Part shown: positions 29,151 through 37,538 of the stretch, piece after piece
Layout of the letters: each line of letters starts with the position of its first letter
Position numbering within the stretch: position 1 is the first letter of the stretch
NCBI GenBank assembly: GCA_038215675.1
Contig: JBBQQP010000001.1
Location: 1-38,580, forward strand
Origin: Chitinophagales bacterium
Lineage (GTDB): Bacteria; Bacteroidota; Bacteroidia; Chitinophagales; Chitinophagaceae
Length of the DNA stretch: 38,580 bases
Direction of reading: 5' to 3'
Position numbers and translations under genes: made by a program
The notes under the pieces: generated by a model
Database searches by the model: none
Told to the model about the DNA's origin: nothing
The model's input: only the letters and a program-made list of their open reading frames with translations

Positions 29151-29343
29151 GTGAATGGTGAAAGGTCAATTGGGAATGGTGAATAAATAAGAACGCAAAA
29201 AAATACCGGAAGTTTTACTCATTGCTCACGCATAACTCATTCACTACTCATCATTCATTTCTCATCTTTGATAACTCATTACTCATCATTCATAATTCAT
29301 CATTCATATCTCATCACTCATTTCTCATCCTCATTCACTCATT
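29151..29343. repeat. Inverted pair of heptamer tandem arrays
   Basis: Left 29151-29185: GTGAATG GTGAAAG GTCAATT GGGAATG GTGAATA. Right 29218-29343: about 18 degenerate ACTCATC/ATTCATA/ACTCATT units, including CATTCAC, the reverse complement of GTGAATG. Confidence 0.85.
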
Positions 29344-29359
29344 AATTAAATAACGCTAT

Positions 29360-30355
29360 ATGAAACCCGGACTTGCCAGATTTGAATACTTTCTAAATCA
29401 ATTGCAACCGATTTTAACTACGGCTGCGAAACAAAAAAACCCTGCCCTGTGGCTATACCGCAATAACGCCCGTACACCCCTGTTTATGTTGGAAGCATTG
29501 GCAAAAATGTATGCTGAATTTCACAACGGTAAAAAATTCAGTAAAATAGATAACCATTTTAAATTACTGGAAGATACCATCGGAGCGATTGATTATTATG
29601 ATATGATTGCCAATGACCTGGTAAGCAACAAAAAAATACCGGTTGACGTCATTAATTACCTCCATGCACAAAGCAGGGAAAAGATTCAAAGTCTCAATGA
29701 AATTTTAACTGAAAATGAATGGTTGCTGCCCAATAAAAACCGCATCACAAAAATTAAAAAAAAGCTGAGCGAAGCTGACTGGCTAAATGAAGAAGATGAA
29801 ATGAAAGCAATTTTAGAATTTTATGGCGAATCGATCTACGAAATCGTGGAGTTTACTGAAAATACAAATTATGAGTTTGACAATATGGAAGATGATGTAC
29901 ATGAATTGCGCCGAAAGCTTCGTTGGTTGAGCATCTATCCGCAAGCACTGCGGGGCGCCATTCAACTGGAGAAAAACAATACCCCGCCTAAACACCTGGC
30001 AAAATACTGTACCAAAGAAATTACCACTTCTCCTTTTAACAAAATGCCGGAACAAGGGTTGGCTCAACATACACTTTTGTTGGATCAACATTACTTTTTT
30101 GCATTGAGTTGGATGATTGCAGAACTTGGAAATTTAAAAGACAGCGGATTACACGTGATCGCTATTAAAGAAGCCTTGCAGCAAACCACTCCTGCCATCA
30201 ACGATGAGGCCGCATTTAAAAAAACATACCAGCTGCTTGGAAATACCCAGCCCAAATTAGAAGTGCTACTTGATAATGCGGGCAACATTTCGAAAACCTA
30301 TTTTAAAGAACAAAATTTGGAGCACCTTGTAATTGGTATCAACAAAATAAAGTAA
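29360..30355 (+). CDS. All-helical hypothetical protein, CHAD-domain-like
   Basis: DDVHELRRKLRWL resembles the CHAD H-x-L-R-x-x-x-K/R motif. KLLEDTIGAIDYYD and AELGNLKD resemble the LG-x-x-x-D motifs of the two CHAD halves. Confidence 0.55.
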   Translation: MKPGLARFEYFLNQLQPILTTAAKQKNPALWLYRNNARTPLFMLEALAKMYAEFHNGKKFSKIDNHFKLLEDTIGAIDYYDMIANDLVSNKKIPVDVINYLHAQSREKIQSLNEILTENEWLLPNKNRITKIKKKLSEADWLNEEDEMKAILEFYGESIYEIVEFTENTNYEFDNMEDDVHELRRKLRWLSIYPQALRGAIQLEKNNTPPKHLAKYCTKEITTSPFNKMPEQGLAQHTLLLDQHYFFALSWMIAELGNLKDSGLHVIAIKEALQQTTPAINDEAAFKKTYQLLGNTQPKLEVLLDNAGNISKTYFKEQNLEHLVIGINKIK

Positions 30356-30378
30356 CAATTTCATTTCTACCCCTTCAT

Positions 30379-30413
30379 AAAAAAGCCCCAACTTAAAGTT
30401 GGGGCTCTTTTTT
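30379..30413. terminator. Bidirectional intrinsic terminator between convergent genes
   Basis: AAAAA-AGCCCCAACT-taa-AGTTGGGGCT-CTTTTTT. Confidence 0.85.
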
Positions 30414-30981
30414 ATGCTCTTACTTTCGCAGGTGCTTTTTTCTTCACTTTTTTCAAAGCAGATTCAATTGCCTTGCTTAATTCTTCATAGGTTACATTTC
30501 CGTTGAAACGCTCGCCATTTACAAAAAAAGTAGGTACATCTTTTACACCGCGATTAATTCCTTCTCTCATGTCGCCCTGTACCTGCCACCCATAGGTTGC
30601 GTTAACGAGTTCGTCCAGAAAACGCTTGTTTTGTACACCTGCTTCCCTGCTATGCAATTTTAAACTGGTGGTACCCAAATTGCGGCGGTTGGCAAATAAA
30701 ATATTGTGCATTTCCCAAAACTTGCCATCCTGTGCGGTAGCTACTGCTGCCTCACCTGCCTTCAAACTACGTTGGTGAATATTAGTCATTGGGAAGTGAC
30801 GGAAATTAAATCTTACTTTCCCATCATATTCTTCCAATATCTGTTTCACTACTTCATTTGCTTTTGCGCAAACCTCGCTTTCATATTCGCCAAATTCTTC
30901 CAGTGTAACCGGTGCATCGATATTACCTACAAAAACGTCTTTTGGTTCAATAATCTCAACAACCTCTTTCTTAAATGCCAT
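30412..30981 (-). CDS. DsbA-family (thioredoxin_4-like) protein with SxxC instead of CxxC, cytoplasmic
   Basis: G.IDAPVTLEEFGEYESEVC, FRHFP..IH, KFWEMH..LF and GV..VPTFFVNG. No signal peptide, and a basic C-terminal tail. Confidence 0.85.
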   Translation of the reverse strand: MAFKKEVVEIIEPKDVFVGNIDAPVTLEEFGEYESEVCAKANEVVKQILEEYDGKVRFNFRHFPMTNIHQRSLKAGEAAVATAQDGKFWEMHNILFANRRNLGTTSLKLHSREAGVQNKRFLDELVNATYGWQVQGDMREGINRGVKDVPTFFVNGERFNGNVTYEELSKAIESALKKVKKKAPAKVRA

Positions 30982-31243
30982 AATTATATTTATTTTAAAG
31001 TGTATGCATGAAGCCGAGCATTATTGCTGAACTTCTTATTATCAACAATTTCGGCTCGCATAAGTTGTAAAAAATGATCTGTACAAACAGCTAAACGAAA
31101 TAATTCCGAAAGTGCGAAAGATACCATTTTTTAGTCTTTTATCCATTTCTCATATATATTATTTCCTTCACAGCTTATCCACATCTTTGATAATCAACTT
31201 GTTAAATTTTTAGAGTTAACAGTATTTAAGCTTCCATTAACTC

Positions 31244-33874
31244 TTAAGCATCCGACTTTTCAAGATTTTTACCAGACAGCACCTCATTTCTAAATACCAC
31301 ATTGCCATCAAAAACATCCACCAAAACCGGAATTGATTTATCTATATCCCCTGCCAGGATTCGCTTACTAAGCTGATTTACAATTTCCTTCTGGATGAGT
31401 CTTTTTAAAGGACGGGCACCCATTTGCGGATCATAACCATTTTCAGATAAGAAATCCAGCACATATTCGCTAAACTGTAGTTGGATGCCACTTTGCGCCA
31501 CCAATTGCTTTAACCCTTGCAATTGTATATCGATTATTCCTTTTATTTCCTTTTTCATTAAAGGTTGAAACATAATCACTTCATCTATCCTGTTTAAAAA
31601 CTCAGGACGAATAGTTTGTCGCAGCAACACCATTACTTCCGCTTTTGTACTTTCTACTACTTCGTCTTTATTCTTCTCTGTTACTTTTTCAAAATTTTCC
31701 TGGATAATATGACTACCCATATTACTGGTCATGATGACAATGGTATTTTTAAAGTTAACGACCCTGCCCTTATTATCGGTCAACCTTCCATCGTCCAGTA
31801 CCTGTAAAAGAATATTGAATACATCTGGATGAGCTTTTTCAATTTCATCCAGCAGTACCACACTGTAAGGTTTACGCCTGACTGCCTCTGTCAACTGTCC
31901 GCCTTCATCATATCCAACATAACCCGGCGGTGCACCTACCAACCTGCTCACTGAATGCTTTTCCTGGTATTCACTCATATCAATCCGCGTCATCATGCTA
32001 TCGTCATCAAACAAATATTCTGCCAATGCTTTGGCAAGTTCGGTTTTGCCCACGCCCGTAGTTCCTAAAAAGATAAATGAGCCAATTGGTTTTTTGGGAT
32101 CCTGTAAACCGGCCCTGCTTCTGCGAATTGCATCACTCACCGCTTCAATGGCTTCATCCTGACCGACCACTCTTTTGTGTAATTCATCTTCCAATTGAAG
32201 CAATTTTTCCCGTTCGCTTTGCAGCATTTTCATCACTGGTATTCCGGTGGCTTTGGCTACATTGGCTGCAATATCTTCGGCATCTACCTCTTCTTTCAAC
32301 AAACGCTTCTCGCTGATATCATCCAGTAGTTTGGTTTGCTCCTCAATTATCTTTTCCTGTTCCTGCACTTTTCCATACCGTATTTCTGCTACTCTCCCGT
32401 AGTCTCCCTCCCGTTCAGCTTTTTCAGCAGCAGCTTTTAAATTCTCAATTTCGACCTTGGCATTCTGTATTTTCTCAACCACTTCCTTTTCCTGTTGCCA
32501 TTTTGCTTTAAATGTATCCCGTTGCACAGAAAGGTTAGAAATATCCGTATTTAGCTCTCTCAATTTTGTTTCGTCACTTTCACGTTTAATCGCTTCTCTT
32601 TCTATCTCTAATTGACGAATTTGTCTTTCCAACTTATCCAACTCTTCAGGCATTGAATTCATTTCTAACCGAAGTTTGGCTGCACTTTCATCAATCAAGT
32701 CTATCGCCTTGTCTGGCAAAAAACGATCCGTCACATAACGGTGCGATAATTCAACCGCAGCAATGATGGCCTCATCTTTAATTCGCACATGGTGATACGT
32801 TTCATACCTATCTTTTAATCCACGCAAAATCGATACCGCATCTTCCACACTCGGCTCATTAATCATCACCTTTTGAAAACGTCGTTCGAGTGCTTTATCT
32901 TTTTCAAAAAATTTCTGGTATTCGCTTAAGGTGGTTGCACCGATGGCCCTCAGTTCGCCCCGGGCCAACGCTGGTTTCAAAATATTAGCTGCATCCATTG
33001 CGCCATCGCCTCCGCCAGCACCCACCAATGTATGTATCTCATCTATAAACAAAATAATTTCGCCATCACTATCCGCCACTTCTTTCACTACTGATTTCAG
33101 CCTTTCCTCAAACTCGCCTTTATATTTGGCACCCGCAATCAGTTGCCCCATATCCAATGCAAAAATGATCTTTGATTTCAAGTTGTCGGGCACATCGCCG
33201 TTTACAATACGCATGGCCAATCCTTCTGCAATGGCCGTTTTACCTACACCAGGCTCTCCTACTAAAATTGGATTATTTTTACTTCTTCTTGATAAAATGT
33301 GCAGGGTTCTCCTGATTTCTTCATCCCGTCCTATTACCGGATCGAGTTTGCCGTTCCTGGCCATCTCAATCAAATTCTTTGCATACTTGTTTAATGCATT
33401 GAACTGTGTTTCCTGTGTTTGAGAGGAAATGGTAGATCCCTTTCGCAAATCCTTAATGGCAGCAATCAACCCCTTATCAGTCAATCCTGCATCTTTTAAT
33501 AATTTAGCGCTGTTGTCGCCGCCCTGCAAAATGGCCAATAATAAATACTCTACACTTACAAATTCATCGCCAAAAGTTTTTAATGCGCCGGTTGCCCGCA
33601 AGATCACACTGTTCATGTCGCGACTTACCGTTTGTGCAGGTTCACCACTTTTTACTTTGGGTAATTTTTTAATGCTGTCATCAATTTTACTTTCCACAAA
33701 AGCAACATTCACATTGTTTTTCTTTAGTAAAAATTCAATGGGTGAGTCTTCATTGCTCAGCAAAGCTTTTAATAAATGCTCCGTTTCAATATTAGGATTC
33801 TGATTATTAAAAGCTTCCTGCTGTGCCTGAGCAATGGTTTCCTGTGCTTTAATGGTGAAATTATTTAAATTCAT
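31244..33874 (-). CDS. clpB: ATP-dependent disaggregase ClpB
   Basis: 876 aa with LDPVIGRDEEIRR, Walker A motifs GEPGVGKT and GTTGVGKT, pore loops GAKYKG and GYVGY, a coiled-coil middle domain and GARPLKR. Confidence 0.97.
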   Translation of the reverse strand: MNLNNFTIKAQETIAQAQQEAFNNQNPNIETEHLLKALLSNEDSPIEFLLKKNNVNVAFVESKIDDSIKKLPKVKSGEPAQTVSRDMNSVILRATGALKTFGDEFVSVEYLLLAILQGGDNSAKLLKDAGLTDKGLIAAIKDLRKGSTISSQTQETQFNALNKYAKNLIEMARNGKLDPVIGRDEEIRRTLHILSRRSKNNPILVGEPGVGKTAIAEGLAMRIVNGDVPDNLKSKIIFALDMGQLIAGAKYKGEFEERLKSVVKEVADSDGEIILFIDEIHTLVGAGGGDGAMDAANILKPALARGELRAIGATTLSEYQKFFEKDKALERRFQKVMINEPSVEDAVSILRGLKDRYETYHHVRIKDEAIIAAVELSHRYVTDRFLPDKAIDLIDESAAKLRLEMNSMPEELDKLERQIRQLEIEREAIKRESDETKLRELNTDISNLSVQRDTFKAKWQQEKEVVEKIQNAKVEIENLKAAAEKAEREGDYGRVAEIRYGKVQEQEKIIEEQTKLLDDISEKRLLKEEVDAEDIAANVAKATGIPVMKMLQSEREKLLQLEDELHKRVVGQDEAIEAVSDAIRRSRAGLQDPKKPIGSFIFLGTTGVGKTELAKALAEYLFDDDSMMTRIDMSEYQEKHSVSRLVGAPPGYVGYDEGGQLTEAVRRKPYSVVLLDEIEKAHPDVFNILLQVLDDGRLTDNKGRVVNFKNTIVIMTSNMGSHIIQENFEKVTEKNKDEVVESTKAEVMVLLRQTIRPEFLNRIDEVIMFQPLMKKEIKGIIDIQLQGLKQLVAQSGIQLQFSEYVLDFLSENGYDPQMGARPLKRLIQKEIVNQLSKRILAGDIDKSIPVLVDVFDGNVVFRNEVLSGKNLEKSDA

Positions 33875-34023
33875 ATTGGAAGAATTTTATAGTTATAAAT
33901 GTTAAAAATTAAATGCAGTTTTCCTCACTTTTTTGAATGAAGGTTTTGAATACTAAATTTCAGATAACTTTAATCTTTCTTCTAAGGGGTCAAATCTTTA
34001 TCCAAAATAAAATCCACGAAATT

Positions 34024-35079
34024 ATGTCACATAAAACCAAGGCTTACTGCCGTAAATTCACACTGGCACTAAGTTTTGTGCTACTCTGTCTCGTTAGCAA
34101 GAGTCAATACAGTTTTGCGGAGGTTGATAAAGTGCTCGCCGATAATCAAAAGGCAATGGGCAATAATTTGGTGACACTGATTTATAAAGAGGGCAAATTA
34201 ATTTATCAGAAAGCAATCGGTGATTTCAACATCAAAACCAAAGCCCCCATCGCTAGTTGCAGCAAATGGTTAACTGCTGCATTGGTAATGACTTTTGTAG
34301 AGGAAGGTAAAATTTCTTTGGATGATAAAGTGAGTACTTATTTACCCATTTTTGAGACTTATGGGAAATCCTATATTACCATCCGGCAATGTCTTTCGCA
34401 CCAAACAGGTATTGCAGACAACCAGAAGCTAGTGGCAAAAATATTGGAGCGTCGCAAATTTGAATCCCTGGAAGAAGAAGTGAATGCATTTGCCAAAAAA
34501 GAGATTGCTGCAAATCCTGGTACCAGTTTTTTTTACGGTGCTATTGGGCTAAATATTGCTGGACGTGTGCTGGAAGTAGTGGCAAAGAAAAAGTTTGATG
34601 CGTTGATGAAACAACGGATTTTTACCCCACTGAATATGAAGTACAGCAGTTTCACGCCAGAAGATTACAACAATTCGGTAAACCCTTCGGGTGGAGCTGT
34701 ATCAACCGCAGGAGACTACATGAATTTTCTTTCGATGATTTTAGACAAAGGCACTTTTATGGGGAAACGGATTTTGAGTGAAGCATCTGTTAACCAAATG
34801 CAAACCATCCAAAATAAAAGTGTTTCAAAAAAATATAGTCCAAAAATTACAGAAGGCTTTGAGTATGGATTGGGTGAATGGATAGAAGAAACTGACAGTA
34901 AGGGCAACAGTAAGGTTATTTCAAGCCCCGGTTTATCCGGTACCTGGCCATTTATCGACAAATGTAGAAATTACGCCTGCATCATGCTTGTAAAACGTGA
35001 TATGGGAGAAGAACAAGTAGCCATTCACACGGCTTTAAAAAAAGCAATTGATAACCAAATTACAGGACAATGTGATTGA
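34024..35079 (+). CDS. Serine hydrolase, beta-lactamase/AmpC-like family, exported (start 34024 preferred over 33937)
   Basis: Signal peptide ending SKS|Q, the SxxK motif IASCSK, LSHQTG, PGTSFFYG, PSGGAVST and YGLG.W. Confidence 0.88.
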   Translation: MSHKTKAYCRKFTLALSFVLLCLVSKSQYSFAEVDKVLADNQKAMGNNLVTLIYKEGKLIYQKAIGDFNIKTKAPIASCSKWLTAALVMTFVEEGKISLDDKVSTYLPIFETYGKSYITIRQCLSHQTGIADNQKLVAKILERRKFESLEEEVNAFAKKEIAANPGTSFFYGAIGLNIAGRVLEVVAKKKFDALMKQRIFTPLNMKYSSFTPEDYNNSVNPSGGAVSTAGDYMNFLSMILDKGTFMGKRILSEASVNQMQTIQNKSVSKKYSPKITEGFEYGLGEWIEETDSKGNSKVISSPGLSGTWPFIDKCRNYACIMLVKRDMGEEQVAIHTALKKAIDNQITGQCD

Positions 35080-35261
35080 TAATATCAGGACTGATTGAAT
35101 GCTTCCACTTCCAAAAAAGCCAGATGGCTTAAGTTTGTTGGCTTAAATAACATCGATAAAATAATTTAAAACAAGTCAGCAAAAAACACACAATTTATCA
35201 CCCTTAAAACAGCTTTGCAATCTCATCATTACTACCGATTTTAAATATTTACTCAAGATTT

Positions 35262-35618
35262 ATGAAGGCGAAAAATTTAAATAAAATGCCACCGAAACAA
35301 GTCTTTTACAAAAGACTTTGGTACAATGTGGTTTTTGGTTCAACGATAATGATCATTTGTCTTTTAATTGGAATCGTTGGTTATAAACTAACCATCCCGG
35401 AATTTGACTGGTATGATAGCCTATTGAATGCTTCCATGATATTAAGTGGAATGGGGCCTGTGATTGACGGGAAAATTATGCTGACCAACCAGGCTAAAGT
35501 ATTTGCTTCACTATATGCCTTATTCAGCGGCGTTGCATTTATAAGTACCATTGGTATTTTAATTGCTCCAATAGCACACCGTTTTTTTCACCGCCTGCAT
35601 CTGGAAGACAATATGTAA
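35262..35618 (+). CDS. Small 2-TM membrane protein with potassium-channel-like pore segment (alternative start 35286)
   Basis: TM1, then WYDSLLNASMILSGMGP (aligns by eye to pore helix plus TVGYGD filter position), then T..AKVFASLYALFSG as TM2 and a His-rich tail. Confidence 0.6.
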   Translation: MKAKNLNKMPPKQVFYKRLWYNVVFGSTIMIICLLIGIVGYKLTIPEFDWYDSLLNASMILSGMGPVIDGKIMLTNQAKVFASLYALFSGVAFISTIGILIAPIAHRFFHRLHLEDNM

Positions 35619-35636
35619 AATAGTTTCTAAAGAAAA

Positions 35637-37538
35637 TTATTCACTTTTAACCAATACTATTCGTGACCGGTCTGCCTTGGAGATTTGCTGATAGAAAAGC
35701 ACAAGATCGTTGTATTCTACTGCTGCAAAACGTCCGCTATATTGTTCCATGTGCCTGAAATAGACAATTTTATCATCCATTACTTTTACGGTAGATATAT
35801 ACTTACCAAATTTGTTCTGAAGAGAAATATCTTTTGGAATACTCTCTGTTTTATATCCGGCAGGTATTTTTATTTCGATCGAGTCAATGTCACGGTATGG
35901 ATCTTTTACCACATAATCATATAGCCGGGCAGTATCTGGCAATAGTTTCTCAATGCCGCCACCAAATAAATTGGGCGCAATAAATAAACGCTTACCCGTT
36001 TTCGTAACATAACTGTTCAATATAATCTGAAGGTATTCGTGTACTGAGGGAATAATATCCTTGTGCTCGGTATAATTACTTTTCACAACCTGATAGGTGG
36101 GTAAATTAAACATACTATTCAGATACTCCTCTCTTTCTTCTTTAGATGCCTGATGCATTAAGGAATGGGGAAAATCCTGTTGAAGACCGCTGTAGGAAGT
36201 ATTAATTTCGGCACTCAGATTTCCCTGATCGTCAGCCACCGCTTTTACTACCCTTACCTGTACATTATCTGACACTTTATAGACGGGTGTTTGCACAATA
36301 TGGCCGCCTGTTTCGTCAATCAGAATCGCTTTCCGGTTACCCGTAAAACTTCCCATATAGCCCGGTGCGCCAGTTTGAGAAGTACATTCCAGCCAAATGG
36401 TATCCTTATTCAACGGCACACAGGAAATAACATGATTGGATTGAGAAAAAGTAAAATCTTCGATAAAAGGTGGGGGTGTTTTACCTCCGTATATTTCAAC
36501 ATACTTGCCCGTGATGCCTGCTTCTTTTAACAAAGCGATCATATAATTTGACAAAGCCTTACAGTCCCCATATTTATTTTCTGCTACGTAACTTGCTTCA
36601 AAAGGCTGCCAGCCACCAATACCAAGCTGGATGCTGATATACCGGGTATTCTTCTGCATAAAATCATACAGTACAAATATTTTTTCCTTCTCGCCTTTGA
36701 TGTGGTCCGTTAGTTCATGTACTTTCTTTTTGATGGCGTCCGGCAAAACATCCCGGCCCTTGATAAGCTGGTACATAAATTTACCATAATCTGACCAGGA
36801 TGACATGTCACCACTAAAACCCTGTACTTCAAATTTAGAAGGCGCAAAAAATACCACCGGTACAATTTCCGATATCGGAGGAGCACCTGACTCGTATTTT
36901 TTTGCTTTAATATTTTTAATCTCCCATATATATGTTTTGGTATCTCCTTTTTTAGTTATAACCGGTGCATCTTTAAAATTCATTTGCTTAAAACGTACTA
37001 CATAATCCGCCGGTGCTATAATGGTAAACTTGCTATTTTGAACCGACATGAAAGGATTGCTTTGTGGCATCCAAACCGGAAACCCTTGCGTACCATTGTG
37101 CTCATCTTCCTCTTCATATTCAACTGTAAAAGGATATTCGGCCGAGTAAAACTCATTCTGTTTATACCTCGCATCCGACAATAAACTAAACCCATCGTAA
37201 GCACTGTTATCAGTCCACTCGCTTTTTTTGGTATGCTTTATTTGTTTGCCCATGCTATTGAACATCCTTCCCGAAATGGAATTAATACTGTTGAATTTAC
37301 TGTAGCCGCTTACATATTTTGCATAATAACTGGAAGTGGCGTTCAACATCGTATAAGCATGCTTTTCATACAGGGTATATTTAGCAGGCGATTTTATTGT
37401 TAAAATATATTCTTCAGTTCGCTTAACCACGCTTGCACCCTTACGCAAGGAATCGGGTATCAGCAGTACATTGTACTCCTGCGCTTTTGTGAAACCGGTA
37501 ATTAAAATTGCTAAAAGCAACAAGGGGATTTTTGCCAT
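35637..37538 (-). CDS. DUF3857 plus transglutaminase-like domain protein (catalytic Cys retained), exported
   Basis: Signal peptide (..TKA|Q), TRYISIQLGIGGWQP, YGDCKALS, SNHVI and WLECT, and a C-terminal IKIPAGYK.E..P domain. Confidence 0.85.
   Translation of the reverse strand: MAKIPLLLLAILITGFTKAQEYNVLLIPDSLRKGASVVKRTEEYILTIKSPAKYTLYEKHAYTMLNATSSYYAKYVSGYSKFNSINSISGRMFNSMGKQIKHTKKSEWTDNSAYDGFSLLSDARYKQNEFYSAEYPFTVEYEEEDEHNGTQGFPVWMPQSNPFMSVQNSKFTIIAPADYVVRFKQMNFKDAPVITKKGDTKTYIWEIKNIKAKKYESGAPPISEIVPVVFFAPSKFEVQGFSGDMSSWSDYGKFMYQLIKGRDVLPDAIKKKVHELTDHIKGEKEKIFVLYDFMQKNTRYISIQLGIGGWQPFEASYVAENKYGDCKALSNYMIALLKEAGITGKYVEIYGGKTPPPFIEDFTFSQSNHVISCVPLNKDTIWLECTSQTGAPGYMGSFTGNRKAILIDETGGHIVQTPVYKVSDNVQVRVVKAVADDQGNLSAEINTSYSGLQQDFPHSLMHQASKEEREEYLNSMFNLPTYQVVKSNYTEHKDIIPSVHEYLQIILNSYVTKTGKRLFIAPNLFGGGIEKLLPDTARLYDYVVKDPYRDIDSIEIKIPAGYKTESIPKDISLQNKFGKYISTVKVMDDKIVYFRHMEQYSGRFAAVEYNDLVLFYQQISKADRSRIVLVKSE

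Noticed and set aside
29151-29343. CRISPR array
   Set aside because: The period is 7 nt with no unique spacers, and there are no cas genes. The same holds for the 23447 array.
30990-31243. Replication origin
   Set aside because: Only one DnaA box is present, with no cluster and no typical oriC-flanking genes.
32931-33803. Long plus-strand ORFs (163 and 124 aa) antisense to clpB
   Set aside because: These are shadow ORFs arising from codon bias in a conserved gene, with no independent motifs.
33875-34070. CIRCE or other heat-shock operator upstream of clpB
   Set aside because: No TTAGCACTC-N9-GAGTGCTAA is present. A minus-strand TGACATAATTTCG..TGGATAAAGATTTGA stretch (33990-34029) might be an alternative promoter, but I cannot support it from this window.
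34024-35079. Antibiotic-resistance beta-lactamase
   Set aside because: SxxK is present, but YxN reads YGA and the KTG-equivalent reads SPG. This fits a generic serine hydrolase or esterase better.
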